From an uncultured delta proteobacterium (GTDB taxonomy: Bacteria; Desulfobacterota; RBG-13-43-22), in the NCBI GenBank assembly GCA_963790475.1, contig CAWBOS010000012.1, positions 832,001 to 896,000 on the forward strand: a DNA stretch of 64,000 nt. The letters run 5' to 3'. Positions 1 to 9,825 of this stretch are shown one piece after another (positions within the stretch are counted from its first letter, which is position 1; every line of letters starts with the position of its first letter). The translations under genes were made by a program, and so were the position numbers. The notes beneath the pieces are model-generated. The model saw nothing but the letters and a program-made list of their open reading frames with translations, was not told where the DNA came from and made no database searches.

Positions 1-375
1 TTGGGCAAGTTGATGTTAGGGATAAAAGTAAGGGATATTTCCGGTGCACCCTGCAGCCTCTCCCAGTCCATTATTCGAAATATTCTCCGAATTGTTGACG
101 GAATTGCTCTCTATTTTGTTGGATTCCTCATTGCCCTTTTTTCCAAACTCCGTCAACGCCTCGGCGATCATATTGCCAAGACGGTTGTTGTCGAGAAGGC
201 GACCGGAAAAGTTTTGCGAGTCCTGTTCGTACTGATCTGGCTTGCCTCCATTATGGGCTGCGGTTGGGGCGCCTATATGATTTACATAGGTGCCCCGTCG
301 CAGACCAAGGCGGCTATCGTAGAGACTGATGTAGGAAAGACGGGTAATCACGTCTCCATGACGCTGAATAAGTAG
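1..375 (+). CDS. RDD family membrane protein (5'-partial)
   Basis: GKxxLGIKV...IIRNILRIVD...QRLGDHIAKTVVV matches the RDD family pattern; frame is open at the window edge. Confidence 0.8.
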   Translation: MGKLMLGIKVRDISGAPCSLSQSIIRNILRIVDGIALYFVGFLIALFSKLRQRLGDHIAKTVVVEKATGKVLRVLFVLIWLASIMGCGWGAYMIYIGAPSQTKAAIVETDVGKTGNHVSMTLNK

Positions 376-460
376 AGGAATTCCCTTCGGGTATAGAAGG
401 AGTCGGATCGATGAAAGGAATTTGACTTTTTCGCCCTCTCTGGTTATGCTTCCCAAGATC

Positions 461-1621
461 ATGACGGGCAGATCTTTAAAAATAGGGATCATTTACGGGG
501 GGATCAGCGAACAGAAGGCGGGAATGGATCATTACCTCCACCAGGTCCTTCTGGCCATAAAAAGGCTGGCCCCTGAGCATCGCTATGTTCTCATCGATCA
601 CCGCCGAAAGCAAACGTCCTTTAAAGAGCAGTTCGAGCAAGTCATTCTGGAACTTCCCCGATCTCCTATCCGGGTCAGCCGATGGAATCTTCAAATTGTC
701 CCTCGAGTCTTGTCGCAATTTGATCTTGTGTTTTCTCCCGGGCTTTACGGCCCGCTGCGAATTCCCAAAGGGGTGGCCTCGGTCATGGTTGTTCATGACC
801 TGACCAAATACCTTTTCCCGAATTTTTTTCCTTTCAATCCTGTGCAAAAAGTGCTGGACCTTCTGGTTTACCCGGCCATGTTACGGCGTTACGGTCATCT
901 CATCACCGTTTCGAAGACTACCCGGCAAGACTTGATAACCCTCTTTAAGGTCCCTAAGGAAAAGATTACCGTCGCCTATCATGGGGCCGAGGATGCCTTT
1001 CAACCTGCGAGCCCCCAGGATACCGAGGAGCTCCTTTGGCAATCCCATAAAGTTAAGAAACCATTTATACTCTCCCTCGGCACTTTGGAGCCGCGAAAGA
1101 ATATTCCCACTTTGCTTAAGGCCTTTGCCGGAATATTGGATCAAATTCCTCACGACCTGGTCCTGGTGGGCCAAAAGGGCTGGAAATGGGAGCCGGTCTT
1201 TAGAGAAATGGAAAGACCGAACCTGAAAGGACGAGTTCACTGGGTGGGCTATGTTTCGGATCCGGAAAGGGTCCTTTTTTACAATGCCGCGGACTTTTTG
1301 GCCTATCCGAGCTGGTATGAAGGATTCGGCATGCCTTTGCTGGAAGCCATGCAGTGCGGATGTCCGGTGATCACCTCCCGGGTAAGTTCCATGCCCGAAG
1401 TTGTTGGTGACGCCGGATTGCTGATCGATCCCCACCAGGTGGAGGATTTGCAGGGAGCAATCCATCGTCTGGTGAATGAGCCCGGGTTGAGGGAAAAAAT
1501 GAGGATGGTCGGATTTGAGCAGGCCAAGAAATTTTCCTGGGAGACTTCGGCCAAGATCACCTTAGAGGTATTTGAGAAAGTAATGGAAATGAAAGACCGA
1601 AGACCGAAGACCGAAGGCTGA
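461..1621 (+). CDS. Glycosyltransferase family 4 (GT-B)
   Basis: LGTLEPRKN and YPSWYEGFGMPLLEAMQCG GT4 motifs; ATG at 461 preferred as start. Confidence 0.92.
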   Translation: MTGRSLKIGIIYGGISEQKAGMDHYLHQVLLAIKRLAPEHRYVLIDHRRKQTSFKEQFEQVILELPRSPIRVSRWNLQIVPRVLSQFDLVFSPGLYGPLRIPKGVASVMVVHDLTKYLFPNFFPFNPVQKVLDLLVYPAMLRRYGHLITVSKTTRQDLITLFKVPKEKITVAYHGAEDAFQPASPQDTEELLWQSHKVKKPFILSLGTLEPRKNIPTLLKAFAGILDQIPHDLVLVGQKGWKWEPVFREMERPNLKGRVHWVGYVSDPERVLFYNAADFLAYPSWYEGFGMPLLEAMQCGCPVITSRVSSMPEVVGDAGLLIDPHQVEDLQGAIHRLVNEPGLREKMRMVGFEQAKKFSWETSAKITLEVFEKVMEMKDRRPKTEG

Positions 1622-1700
1622 AGGCTGAAGGAAGGGAAAGTTTTATATTCTTCTTGAATCTTGAATCTTGAACCTTAAACCTTGAACCTCAAACCTTGGA
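1593..1700. repeat. Two heptamer tandem-repeat tracts (AAGACCG/AAGGCTG x5; YCTTGAA-like x7)
   Basis: Read directly: tracts at 1593-1631 and 1652-1700. Confidence 0.85.
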
Positions 1701-1711
1701 CCTTTTTCATT

Positions 1712-2896
1712 ATGAAAATCGCTTTTCTTGGAGATCGGTTGGGCCTGGCCACCGGCGGCAATTTGTATGTCGCCAGGGTGGCCGAAGAATTGGCTGCCCT
1801 GGGAGTGGAGGTGACCTTGATCACCCTGATCCCCCCCCGGGACATCCCTTGGCCTTCCAGTTTGTCTGTTATTTCCAGAACGGTTGATTTTTCCTTTGGT
1901 CAAAGGCCCGATCAGGGCCGAATTAAATCCCTTTTAAATTCCAGGCTGGCAGCGGTCACTGAATTAAAAAAATTAATTCGGGAGCCTTATGACATTCTTT
2001 ATTCCGTTGGCGGGCCTTCCAATATTGTCAACCATCTATGTCAAAAGGGCCCCTTTAAGCCTAAGGTTTCCATAGCAGTCCTTTTCCACTTGTTTCGGCA
2101 GGCCTCCTGCCCTCAATTTCTGATAAACCCCGATACCTATCGGAAACCGTTCCAGACTATCTATCATTCTCTAGGGGACCATCTGGCCAAAGGCTTCTAT
2201 GTGATCACCGTTTCTGAATTCTGGCGGCAAAAGCTGATCCGCAGAGGATTTGACGAAGAGAAAATCACTCTTATCCCGGTAGGGGCCGATTGGGAAGATT
2301 GGCCTAAGATCGCTCCGGAGGAGGCAAAAAGAGAATTGGGGCTCAGTGGCCAGTGGGTCGTTTATACCAATCCCTTGCGGTTGAATAAAGGGATCATGAA
2401 TGTCCTTAAGGCCGCTAACCAAATAAAAGAAAAATTTCCATCCCTGCTGGTCTTGGTTACTGGTGTTACCGACCGCCGGACCCAGCGGCAAGTCCAGCAA
2501 TTTGTCCTGGAACATCATCTGGAAAATCATTTTCGTTATGCCGGAGTGATTCCCAGAGAACAACTTCCCCTTCATTATGCCGCTTCCGATGTGGTGGTTT
2601 TGCCCTCTTTGGAAGAAGAAGGCTGGGGAGTTACTCTTCTGGAAGGGATGATGGCCGGAAGGCCGGTGATTTGCAGTCCCTTAGGGGCTATGCCGGAATT
2701 AGTCAGAGATAAGGGGATTGTCCTGAAAAAGAATACCCCTCAACACTTGGCCAAGGCCCTGGAAAGATTGATTGAAGACCGGGGACTCAGGGACCTCCTG
2801 GGAAGGGCCGGACCTCCCCAGGCCAGGCAGTTTTCTTATCAGGCCGCCGCCCAGGCCCATCTCTCTTTATTTAATAAGTTGCTTGCCAAGTCTTAG
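1712..2896 (+). CDS. Glycosyltransferase family 4
   Basis: MKIAFL start; LPSLEEEGWGVTLLEGMMAGRPVI GT4 motif. Confidence 0.9.
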   Translation: MKIAFLGDRLGLATGGNLYVARVAEELAALGVEVTLITLIPPRDIPWPSSLSVISRTVDFSFGQRPDQGRIKSLLNSRLAAVTELKKLIREPYDILYSVGGPSNIVNHLCQKGPFKPKVSIAVLFHLFRQASCPQFLINPDTYRKPFQTIYHSLGDHLAKGFYVITVSEFWRQKLIRRGFDEEKITLIPVGADWEDWPKIAPEEAKRELGLSGQWVVYTNPLRLNKGIMNVLKAANQIKEKFPSLLVLVTGVTDRRTQRQVQQFVLEHHLENHFRYAGVIPREQLPLHYAASDVVVLPSLEEEGWGVTLLEGMMAGRPVICSPLGAMPELVRDKGIVLKKNTPQHLAKALERLIEDRGLRDLLGRAGPPQARQFSYQAAAQAHLSLFNKLLAKS

Positions 2897-2904
2897 AGGT
2901 CCCC

Positions 2905-4338
2905 TCATCCATCGAGGTTTTCTTCTTCTAATTCATTTTTAAGGTGATCAGATGATAAGTGGTGCTTTCTAATAAGAAGACAAAAATTGGATCGTTGCAT
3001 ACCTACCCTCGCCGCCGCCTGGGTAATATTGCCTTTTGTGTTCCTGAGGGCTTTCAGAAGAAAAGCCTTTTCCAGGGGATCGAAGACCTGTGTCAGAAGA
3101 TGGTTCTTGGCGGTTTTTAACTCTTGCAGGGTTTCGGGGACGGGGTTCTTCTCCCAAGGCCGCTTTAACTGCATATGATCCAAAAGATAGGGTAACCCGA
3201 GTGTTTTGTCATCGGCCATAATGACCAGGCGCTCAACGATGTTTTTCAGTTGCCGGACGTTCCCCGGCCATTCGTAGTTGATTAAAACCTCCAGGGCATC
3301 ATCTGAGAATCCCTCGATTACTTTCCCTGTCTTTCGAGAAAACAGTTTCAGGAAATAGTAGGCGAGCTTGGGGATATCTTCTTTTCTTTCCCGAAGGGGG
3401 GGGATGTCAATGGGAAAAACATTCAAACGGTAGAATAGGTCCTCCCTGAACTTTCCCTCTTCCACCATTTTCTTGAGGTCTCGGTTGGTGGCGGCAATAA
3501 TTCGGATATCGGTTTTTTTTTGATGGGTTGTCCCTACCGGTTTAAATTCACCGCTCTCCAGAACCCGCAACAGTTTGGCTTGAATTTCAAGATCCATATT
3601 GGTCACATCGTCCATAAACAGAGTCCCGCCGTTGGCCACCTCAAAGAGGCCTTCCTTGTCGCGAAGGGCTCCGGTAAAAGCCCCTTTAACATGGCCGAAA
3701 AGTTCGCTCTCCAGCAGGTTGGGAGATAGGGCGCTGCAGTCCACAGGTATGATTTGCCGGAAGGCCCTTCGGCTATGGGTATGAATAGCTCCGGCAAACA
3801 GTTCTTTGCCTGTCCCGCTCTCTCCGTAAAGAAGCACGGTGCTCTCCGTAGGGGCCACCTTTTCAATTTGCTTGAAGACCTGAATGATTTTCGGATCTTC
3901 CCCGACAATGTTTTCAAAACTGAATCGATTGAAAAGTTCTTTCCGAAGGGAAAGATTTTCCTCCACCAGGCGTTTTTTCTCCAAGGCATTCTTGGCCGCC
4001 ATGATCAGTTGGTCGTCGGTAAAGGGCTTGGTCAGATAGTCAAAGGCCCCTAATTTCATGGCTTCAACCGCGTTTTGAATAGTTGAATGGCCTGTCATGA
4101 CTACTACTTGAAGAGTCGGTTTGGTTTCATGGATGATTTTAAGAATCTCCATGCCGTCCAGGTCCGGCAGCTTCATATCCAAGAGAATCAAGTCGTAGCT
4201 ATGCCGCCGGATTTCATCCTCCCCGGCTTTACCCGTCGTGCAATAATTTACCAGATGGTCTTCGTCGGAGAGTATGAGACTGCATGCTTTGCAGATCACA
4301 ATCTCATCATCGATAACTAAAATATTAGCAGGGGCCAT
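2905..4338 (-). CDS. Sigma-54-dependent response regulator (NtrC/AtoC family: REC-AAA+-HTH)
   Basis: REC domain (DDE...LLD...KP), GESGTGKE Walker [16 protein letters not shown]-terminal Fis-type HTH. Confidence 0.95.
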   Translation of the reverse strand: MAPANILVIDDEIVICKACSLILSDEDHLVNYCTTGKAGEDEIRRHSYDLILLDMKLPDLDGMEILKIIHETKPTLQVVVMTGHSTIQNAVEAMKLGAFDYLTKPFTDDQLIMAAKNALEKKRLVEENLSLRKELFNRFSFENIVGEDPKIIQVFKQIEKVAPTESTVLLYGESGTGKELFAGAIHTHSRRAFRQIIPVDCSALSPNLLESELFGHVKGAFTGALRDKEGLFEVANGGTLFMDDVTNMDLEIQAKLLRVLESGEFKPVGTTHQKKTDIRIIAATNRDLKKMVEEGKFREDLFYRLNVFPIDIPPLRERKEDIPKLAYYFLKLFSRKTGKVIEGFSDDALEVLINYEWPGNVRQLKNIVERLVIMADDKTLGLPYLLDHMQLKRPWEKNPVPETLQELKTAKNHLLTQVFDPLEKAFLLKALRNTKGNITQAAARVGMQRSNFCLLIRKHHLSSDHLKNELEEENLDG

Positions 4339-4407
4339 CTTTATCCATTAAATGTTGTTTAGGGGACAATCTGAAAACCATCGACCGGAATTGAAGGTTT
4401 CTTTCTC

Positions 4408-5640
4408 TTAAAATTTCTTAAGAGAAAGCGTACCGAAAATAGGAAACTCGGCTACGAACTGGGCCCCTTGCCCAGGTTCACTGGTGACATAAAGTTCTCC
4501 CCCGTGTTTTTGTATGAGGGCATAGGTAACCCACAGTCCCAAACCGGTTCCCTTGGGCTTGGTTGAGAAAAAGGGCTCAAAGATTTTAGACTTATCTTCC
4601 AGAGGGATTCCGCATCCGGTGTCGGATACCTCTACCTTGATACACTTTCGGTCAGCGCTCAGGTGGCTTACGACGGTAATGGTTCCTTTCTCTTCTATGG
4701 CCTGAATGGCGTTAAGCAATAGATTAATGAAAACCTGATGAATCTGGTTCTCGTCCAGGAAGATGTTAGGCACTTGTCTGGAAAGATGTTTGTCTATTTG
4801 TATATGCCGGAGTTTGAACTCGTTATCCAGGATGTGGAGGGCCTTTTCAACAACGTTGTTCACATTGGCTAAGACCATTTTGGGTTCACTTTCACGAGAA
4901 AATTCCAAAAGGTCCTGGATAATCGTTTTACATCTTAAAGCTTCCTGTATGATAATCTCCAATACTTCTTTAGTGGGTCCATCCTTGGAGGATTTTTTGA
5001 GGAGATTCGTACTATACAGCAGGATACCAGCCAGAGGGTTATTGATTTCATGGGCAACGCCGGCGGCCATTCGGCCTAAAGCCGATAATTTTTCAGTTTG
5101 CAGGACCAGTTGATCGTATCGGGATTGCTGCTTTTCCAAAAGTTGCGCTTTTTGGATGACGGCGGCGCCCCGTTCGGCGATAAGGATGATATAGTTGAGC
5201 TCTTCTTTTGAAAATTCCCTCGGTTCATCAAAAAAGACACGCAGCAAACCTACAATATCGTTCCCGAGAAAAATCGGTAAGTCAAGGATCATCCGAATGC
5301 CTTCATCCCAGGCCTCTTTCGGGTATTGAACCCGGGGATCATTTAAGATATCCCTGATGATAATGGCTTTATTCTGCCGGAACAAATCGGTAATAACCAC
5401 TTGGCTTGAGACCGGTCCTTTGGAAAGATAATGATCCCCTAAACCGTAGGCGGCTCCTAATTCCATTTCCTGAGTTTCGAGGTTAAAAATCCGAATCAGT
5501 GCCCCTTTTGATTTAAGCAATTCGCTGACCTTCATGACCACAGTATGCAATACATGCTTTACCTGGGTATTGGAATTCAAAGAGGCGCTGATATATCGAA
5601 GAACGTTATAGCAGCTTTCAAAGTCTATGCCTTGGCCCAC
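4408..5640 (-). CDS. Cytoplasmic GAF-domain sensor histidine kinase
   Basis: N-terminal GAF-like region; H-box AHEINNPL, N-box NLLLNAIQA, DTGCGI, FFSTKPKGTGLGL; no TM segment evident. Confidence 0.93.
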   Translation of the reverse strand: MGQGIDFESCYNVLRYISASLNSNTQVKHVLHTVVMKVSELLKSKGALIRIFNLETQEMELGAAYGLGDHYLSKGPVSSQVVITDLFRQNKAIIIRDILNDPRVQYPKEAWDEGIRMILDLPIFLGNDIVGLLRVFFDEPREFSKEELNYIILIAERGAAVIQKAQLLEKQQSRYDQLVLQTEKLSALGRMAAGVAHEINNPLAGILLYSTNLLKKSSKDGPTKEVLEIIIQEALRCKTIIQDLLEFSRESEPKMVLANVNNVVEKALHILDNEFKLRHIQIDKHLSRQVPNIFLDENQIHQVFINLLLNAIQAIEEKGTITVVSHLSADRKCIKVEVSDTGCGIPLEDKSKIFEPFFSTKPKGTGLGLWVTYALIQKHGGELYVTSEPGQGAQFVAEFPIFGTLSLKKF

Positions 5641-5857
5641 CGAACTGCCTGCCTTTACTGTCTGGGTTTATAATAAGTATAATATATTATACACCCATAA
5701 CTAAATAAAAAAATTATAAAAATAATCCTTAATGATTAAAATCCCCTATAAATTTTTATACGATTTTGCAGGCTGAGATTTCTGAAGGGTCGGCCACCAG
5801 TATCATAATCTATTGAAAAAAGGGGTAAAATAATAGAAAGGGTCCATGGGCAGGATT

Positions 5858-5873
5858 TGGTCTTCCTTTTGCA
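5858..5873 (+). promoter_or_regulatory. Putative sigma-54 (-24/-12) promoter of the hydrogenase operon
   Basis: TGG-tcttcctt-TTGCA: GG(5859-60)-N10-GC(5871-72); a sigma-54 activator gene lies divergently upstream. Confidence 0.5.
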
Positions 5874-5906
5874 TCCCCCCTTTTTTAAAAAAGCTTAATC
5901 CCCTTG

Positions 5907-5980
5907 ACCGTCTCCCCGGCGAAAGCCGGGGTCCAGGAGAAAATTAAATTCCTGGATTCCGGGTCAAGCTCGGAATGACG
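5907..5980. repeat. REP-like palindromic element (GTC..CCCGGCGAAAGCCGGGGTCCAG...CTGGATTCC...GGAATGAC)
   Basis: Nested inverted repeats; related copies near 9707-9736 and 62895-62955. Confidence 0.7.
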
Positions 5981-6139
5981 AAAATGGGTTTTGGCGAATT
6001 TTTGGAAGGCATACTGCCCCGTTAGGGGGCCACCCCTTCCAAGGGACTCCCGGATGGGGCCTAGAATCTAAACCTAAAAAGAATAACGTATAGGCTGGAG
6101 ACATCAATCAGGAATAAAACCGACGAAAGGATCGTTTCC

Positions 6140-6637
6140 ATGGACCGGTACTCTATTCGAGATACTCAGAAAAAAGAAAATAACATAGCGGAAATACTTG
6201 AAGGATTTGATATCAAATCGGATGGACTGATTCCTATGCTTCAGGCTGTCCAGGGGGTTTGGGGTTTTCTGCCGAAACCGGCTTTTCCGGAAATAGCCCG
6301 TTTGATGAAATTATCGGTCGCCGAGGTTTTCGAGACGGCCTCATTTTATTCTCAATTCCGATTTGAACCGACCGGGAAATATCTCGTCCGAGTCTGTTGT
6401 GGAACGAACTGCCATATTCAAGGGTCAGAGCGGATTTTAGAAGATATTCAAAATCATTTATTAGTGTCTCCGGGAGGGACTACGAAAGACAGATTATTTA
6501 CCCTGGAGACCGGTTACTGTTTTGGTTCCTGTGCTCAGGCCCCCGTTATGGTCGTCGAGGATTCCGTTTACCCACGTATGAATCGCTTCAAAGTTCAAAA
6601 AATTTTAAATGCAATAGGGATAAGGGAGAAAGGATAA
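6140..6637 (+). CDS. NuoE/HoxE-like [2Fe-2S] subunit
   Basis: ASFYSQF, C-x4-C (CCGTNC) and C-x3-C (CFGSC) thioredoxin-like 2Fe-2S ligands. Confidence 0.9.
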   Translation: MDRYSIRDTQKKENNIAEILEGFDIKSDGLIPMLQAVQGVWGFLPKPAFPEIARLMKLSVAEVFETASFYSQFRFEPTGKYLVRVCCGTNCHIQGSERILEDIQNHLLVSPGGTTKDRLFTLETGYCFGSCAQAPVMVVEDSVYPRMNRFKVQKILNAIGIREKG

Positions 6638-6753
6638 ATGATCTAAAACCAACAAGGACATAATCCGGATCCGGTAGGGGCTTTTTAACTTACCCAAAAG
6701 GTGTTTTGAAGCTCTTCGGGAGAGGCTCTTTATTCAATAAGGATATTAATAAA

Positions 6754-8511
6754 ATGATCAATAATATTCCCACGGTTTGTAGCTTCTGTAATACAGGGTG
6801 CGGGATGTTTGTTCGCAAGGGGGGGGAGGAAGCGGTCGGGATTCTTCCCATCATCCGTCATCCGGTCAATGAAGGACGTCTCTGTCAGCGGGGATGGAAC
6901 CGCTACCAAAATCTGAGAAGTATGAATCGCCTGACCCATCCCCTGACCCGAAGGGGCTCCCGATTAGGAAAAACAGGGTGGGATGAAGCCCTCCAGATCA
7001 GCAAAGAAAAGATTTCCTCTATTCTAAACCTGTATGGCCCTCAAGCCATAGGCGTTATCGGATCCCCCTGGTTGACGAACGAAGATAATTTTCGCGTCTC
7101 TCTTTTTTGCCGTCAGGCGCTTAAAAGCAATAACCTGGACGGAAGTTACCGATTCGGCGGCGCAGCGGCCCTGACCGCCTTAAATGATACCTGGTCCGGG
7201 GCTCTGGGATCTTTGGCTTCTATACAATCCCTAAAAGAAAGTCCGGCTATTTTGGTAATTGGAAGGGAGAGCCTGCGTGATTTCTCTCCGGTTGGGGCCC
7301 AAATGATTCAAGCCTATCAGCAGGGGTCCAAACTCATTTTGGCAGATCCCACCTGTCTCCAGGCCGAAGGCTTTTTTAATGCTTTTCTACCTTATCCGGC
7401 GGACAAACTTGCTCACATGTTTAAAGGAAAAAAAGAAATAGCGGAGGACCTGGTCCGGCTCCTGGCCCAACCGGAATCAGCTATCGTGTTTATTGCCGAT
7501 CAAATAAAAACGGCCTCCAGTCTGTTGAGTCTCCTCAGTGTTATTTCGCAGGATCGCCCCGACTCCCAGACGATTCCCATGATGATCCCTCTGAGCCGCT
7601 CTCCGAATCTCCGGGGGGCCTGGGACATGGACATAAAACCTAAAAACGGGGGATTAACCCTCCAGGAGATGCTGGATCTTCCCAACGTGATAAAGGGTCT
7701 TCTCGTTTTTGGTGATGATCTGCTCAACCACCTCCCCTCATTCGCCTTTATGGAAAAACTGAAAAACCTTGAATTTCTGCTGGTCGCGGATCGTTTCCTC
7801 ACTGATACGGTACAGATTGCTGATTGTGCCTTTCCAATTCCTGTTCTGGCCGAAGGGACAGGGACTCTGACCAATTGCGAAGGAAGGGTCCAACAACTTC
7901 GTCCGGTTTTAAGTCCAAAGGAAGAGATTCGCCCCCTCTCCTATCTGCTCAGTTCTTTATCCCGAAAGTTGGGGATTAACCTCCCCGCGCAGTCGGATAG
8001 AGATGTGAGAAAAGAAATCAGCCGGGCCATTCCTCATTATCAAACTATCAGTGACGAATCAGAACTGGATTCATCCCAGGGTATCGTCCTGTCCTCTGTT
8101 AATCACCCGGCCATACCATCGGTCCCCTCTGAAACGCGGGAAGGTCCACAAGAACCGGGGAAATATCGCCTTTTCATTCCCAACACCTTATACGCCTGGA
8201 ATCGGAATCAAATGATTTTGGACTCTCCCCTTCTAAAGATCGAGTATCCGGAAGACCGGAAGGCCCTAAGAATGAACCGCCAGGATGTCCGGGATCTCAG
8301 ACTTCGTCCCGGTGAAAAAATTAAGGTGCGCTCAGAGCATGGCGATGCACAAATAGGCGTGGAAATAGACGATACGCTTCCTCCCCGGACCCTGGTGTTG
8401 CCCATGCATTTTTCAACCGTTATAGAAAATTTAGCCGGAAAAAGGGAATTTGATCATATAACCAATTATTCGTACTGTCCGGATCTATCGGTAACCCTGG
8501 AGAGAGTCTGA
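6754..8511 (+). CDS. Molybdopterin-oxidoreductase-fold protein (FdhA/NuoG-like) with an N-terminal [4Fe-4S] motif; canonical Mo ligand absent
   Basis: CSFCNTGC...GRLCQRG Fe-S motif; TNED; GTLTNCEGRVQ; C-terminal MGD-binding-like domain; NNLDGSYRFGG where FDHs have D-x-CARL-C/U-H. Confidence 0.8.
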   Translation: MINNIPTVCSFCNTGCGMFVRKGGEEAVGILPIIRHPVNEGRLCQRGWNRYQNLRSMNRLTHPLTRRGSRLGKTGWDEALQISKEKISSILNLYGPQAIGVIGSPWLTNEDNFRVSLFCRQALKSNNLDGSYRFGGAAALTALNDTWSGALGSLASIQSLKESPAILVIGRESLRDFSPVGAQMIQAYQQGSKLILADPTCLQAEGFFNAFLPYPADKLAHMFKGKKEIAEDLVRLLAQPESAIVFIADQIKTASSLLSLLSVISQDRPDSQTIPMMIPLSRSPNLRGAWDMDIKPKNGGLTLQEMLDLPNVIKGLLVFGDDLLNHLPSFAFMEKLKNLEFLLVADRFLTDTVQIADCAFPIPVLAEGTGTLTNCEGRVQQLRPVLSPKEEIRPLSYLLSSLSRKLGINLPAQSDRDVRKEISRAIPHYQTISDESELDSSQGIVLSSVNHPAIPSVPSETREGPQEPGKYRLFIPNTLYAWNRNQMILDSPLLKIEYPEDRKALRMNRQDVRDLRLRPGEKIKVRSEHGDAQIGVEIDDTLPPRTLVLPMHFSTVIENLAGKREFDHITNYSYCPDLSVTLERV

Positions 8512-8512
8512 G

Positions 8513-9583
8513 ATGGAAAGATACAGTCTTCGGAAAGACGCTCTGAATGCCTGGATTGAAGCGATGCTGGACCACCGTCAAGTTCTGGCCCCCTCCCGCA
8601 TTGAGCAGGAAATTTTTTTCAAGCCCGTAGAAATCGCTCCGGATCAGGAGTTGCTGGAGGGGACGGCCGTTCTTCCTTACCTGCCGCCCAAAGATATTGT
8701 TTTTCCCCAGTCCGAAATCATGTTCTCTTTCTCCGGCGAGGGGGAAGAGTTGAGTCTGGAAGTTCCGGGGGGATCAGAGACAAATTCTGTCATCTTAGGC
8801 ATAAGACCCTGCGATACCCGGGGTATTTCTTGGCTGGACCATTTTTTTTCGGAAAATTTCGACGATTTCTATTATTCCCGCAGGAGGGACAAGGTCGCTC
8901 TGGTTACCATTGCCTGTAACCAACCGGGAAAGAACTGTTTTTGCATCTGTTGTCAGGGGGGGCCTTTCCTGGAACCCGAAAGTGAGGAATGTGACATCCA
9001 ACTTATATCTTTCCAAGACCGATATCTGGTGGGATGTCAAAGCGCCCGGGGGAAAGAACTGATCAATATGCGGCCTGAGCTCTTTTCCAGCCCTGAGGCC
9101 GGCAGTGAAGAAATTTGGTCCAATCTGGAAGAAGAGTCCCGAAAGATGTTTTTCCCGGACCCTACCTCCTATATGAGCACGGCCATCCGCCGGATCACTT
9201 CAAACGAAGTCCCTTCGGAGGTCTGGACGGAATTGGGAGAGCGATGTTTTGATGACGGGGGTTGTTCCTTTGTCTGTCCCTGCTGCAGTTGTTTCGGAGT
9301 CGGTTACCTGGCCAACGGCGAAAAGGGATGTCATTACCGATACTGGGATTCTTGCGATTATTCAGGTTTTACCCGGGAGGTTTCCGGACATAATCCCAGG
9401 ATGGATAAAGGCGAGCGGTTCAAAAGGAGATTTTTCCATAAACTCAGTTATCAATATCTGAAAAAGGATGGAAGGATCGGTTGTGTGGGCTGTGGAAGGT
9501 GCATCACCGTCTGTCCTGGGGACATAGGTATGCCCCAGGTGGTCGAGAGAATTCGAAAGGCCCAGGCCGGACGGGAACTTTAA
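8513..9583 (+). CDS. 4Fe-4S dicluster protein, AsrA/HydB/FlxB-like
   Basis: GIRPCD, CxxxxxxCFC, CPCCSCF, WDSC, RFKRRFFHK, CVGCGRCITVCP. Confidence 0.88.
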   Translation: MERYSLRKDALNAWIEAMLDHRQVLAPSRIEQEIFFKPVEIAPDQELLEGTAVLPYLPPKDIVFPQSEIMFSFSGEGEELSLEVPGGSETNSVILGIRPCDTRGISWLDHFFSENFDDFYYSRRRDKVALVTIACNQPGKNCFCICCQGGPFLEPESEECDIQLISFQDRYLVGCQSARGKELINMRPELFSSPEAGSEEIWSNLEEESRKMFFPDPTSYMSTAIRRITSNEVPSEVWTELGERCFDDGGCSFVCPCCSCFGVGYLANGEKGCHYRYWDSCDYSGFTREVSGHNPRMDKGERFKRRFFHKLSYQYLKKDGRIGCVGCGRCITVCPGDIGMPQVVERIRKAQAGREL

Positions 9584-9706
9584 ATAGAAATTAAACCCTA
9601 CCCTCATGTGGGAGTATATCAGGGAAGAAAGTGCCATAGCAGGGCAACTGACTTGAAAACACGGAATATCACTCTCCTGTCTAGGAATCTAATTCCGCAT
9701 CAGCGG

Positions 9707-9736
9707 GACTGGACCCCGGCCTTCGCCGGGGTGACG
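9707..9736. repeat. REP-like half element (CTGGACCCCGGCCTTCGCCGGGGTGAC)
   Basis: Hairpin homologous to the 5907 element. Confidence 0.65.
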
Positions 9737-9825
9737 AGCAATCCGATTTTCGGAAGTGACCGGAAGCTCGCAAAAATTTTTTCGATGTTGATTGGCTAAT
9801 CAATAAGAGGGGTAAAAATTAAATT

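Noticed and set aside
5991-6006. TGGCGAATTTTTGGA as a sigma-54 promoter
   Set aside because: No GC at the -12 position with N10 spacing; the 5858 site fits better.
8509-8511. TGA ending the FdhA-like gene as another Sec codon
   Set aside because: It lies at the natural C-terminus and the next gene starts at 8513; no Cys-aligned position.
6140-8511. Complex I (nuo) operon or a true formate dehydrogenase
   Set aside because: No NuoF; the large subunit retains Ni-binding motifs and HycI is present; the FdhA-like protein lacks the Cys/Sec-His catalytic pair.
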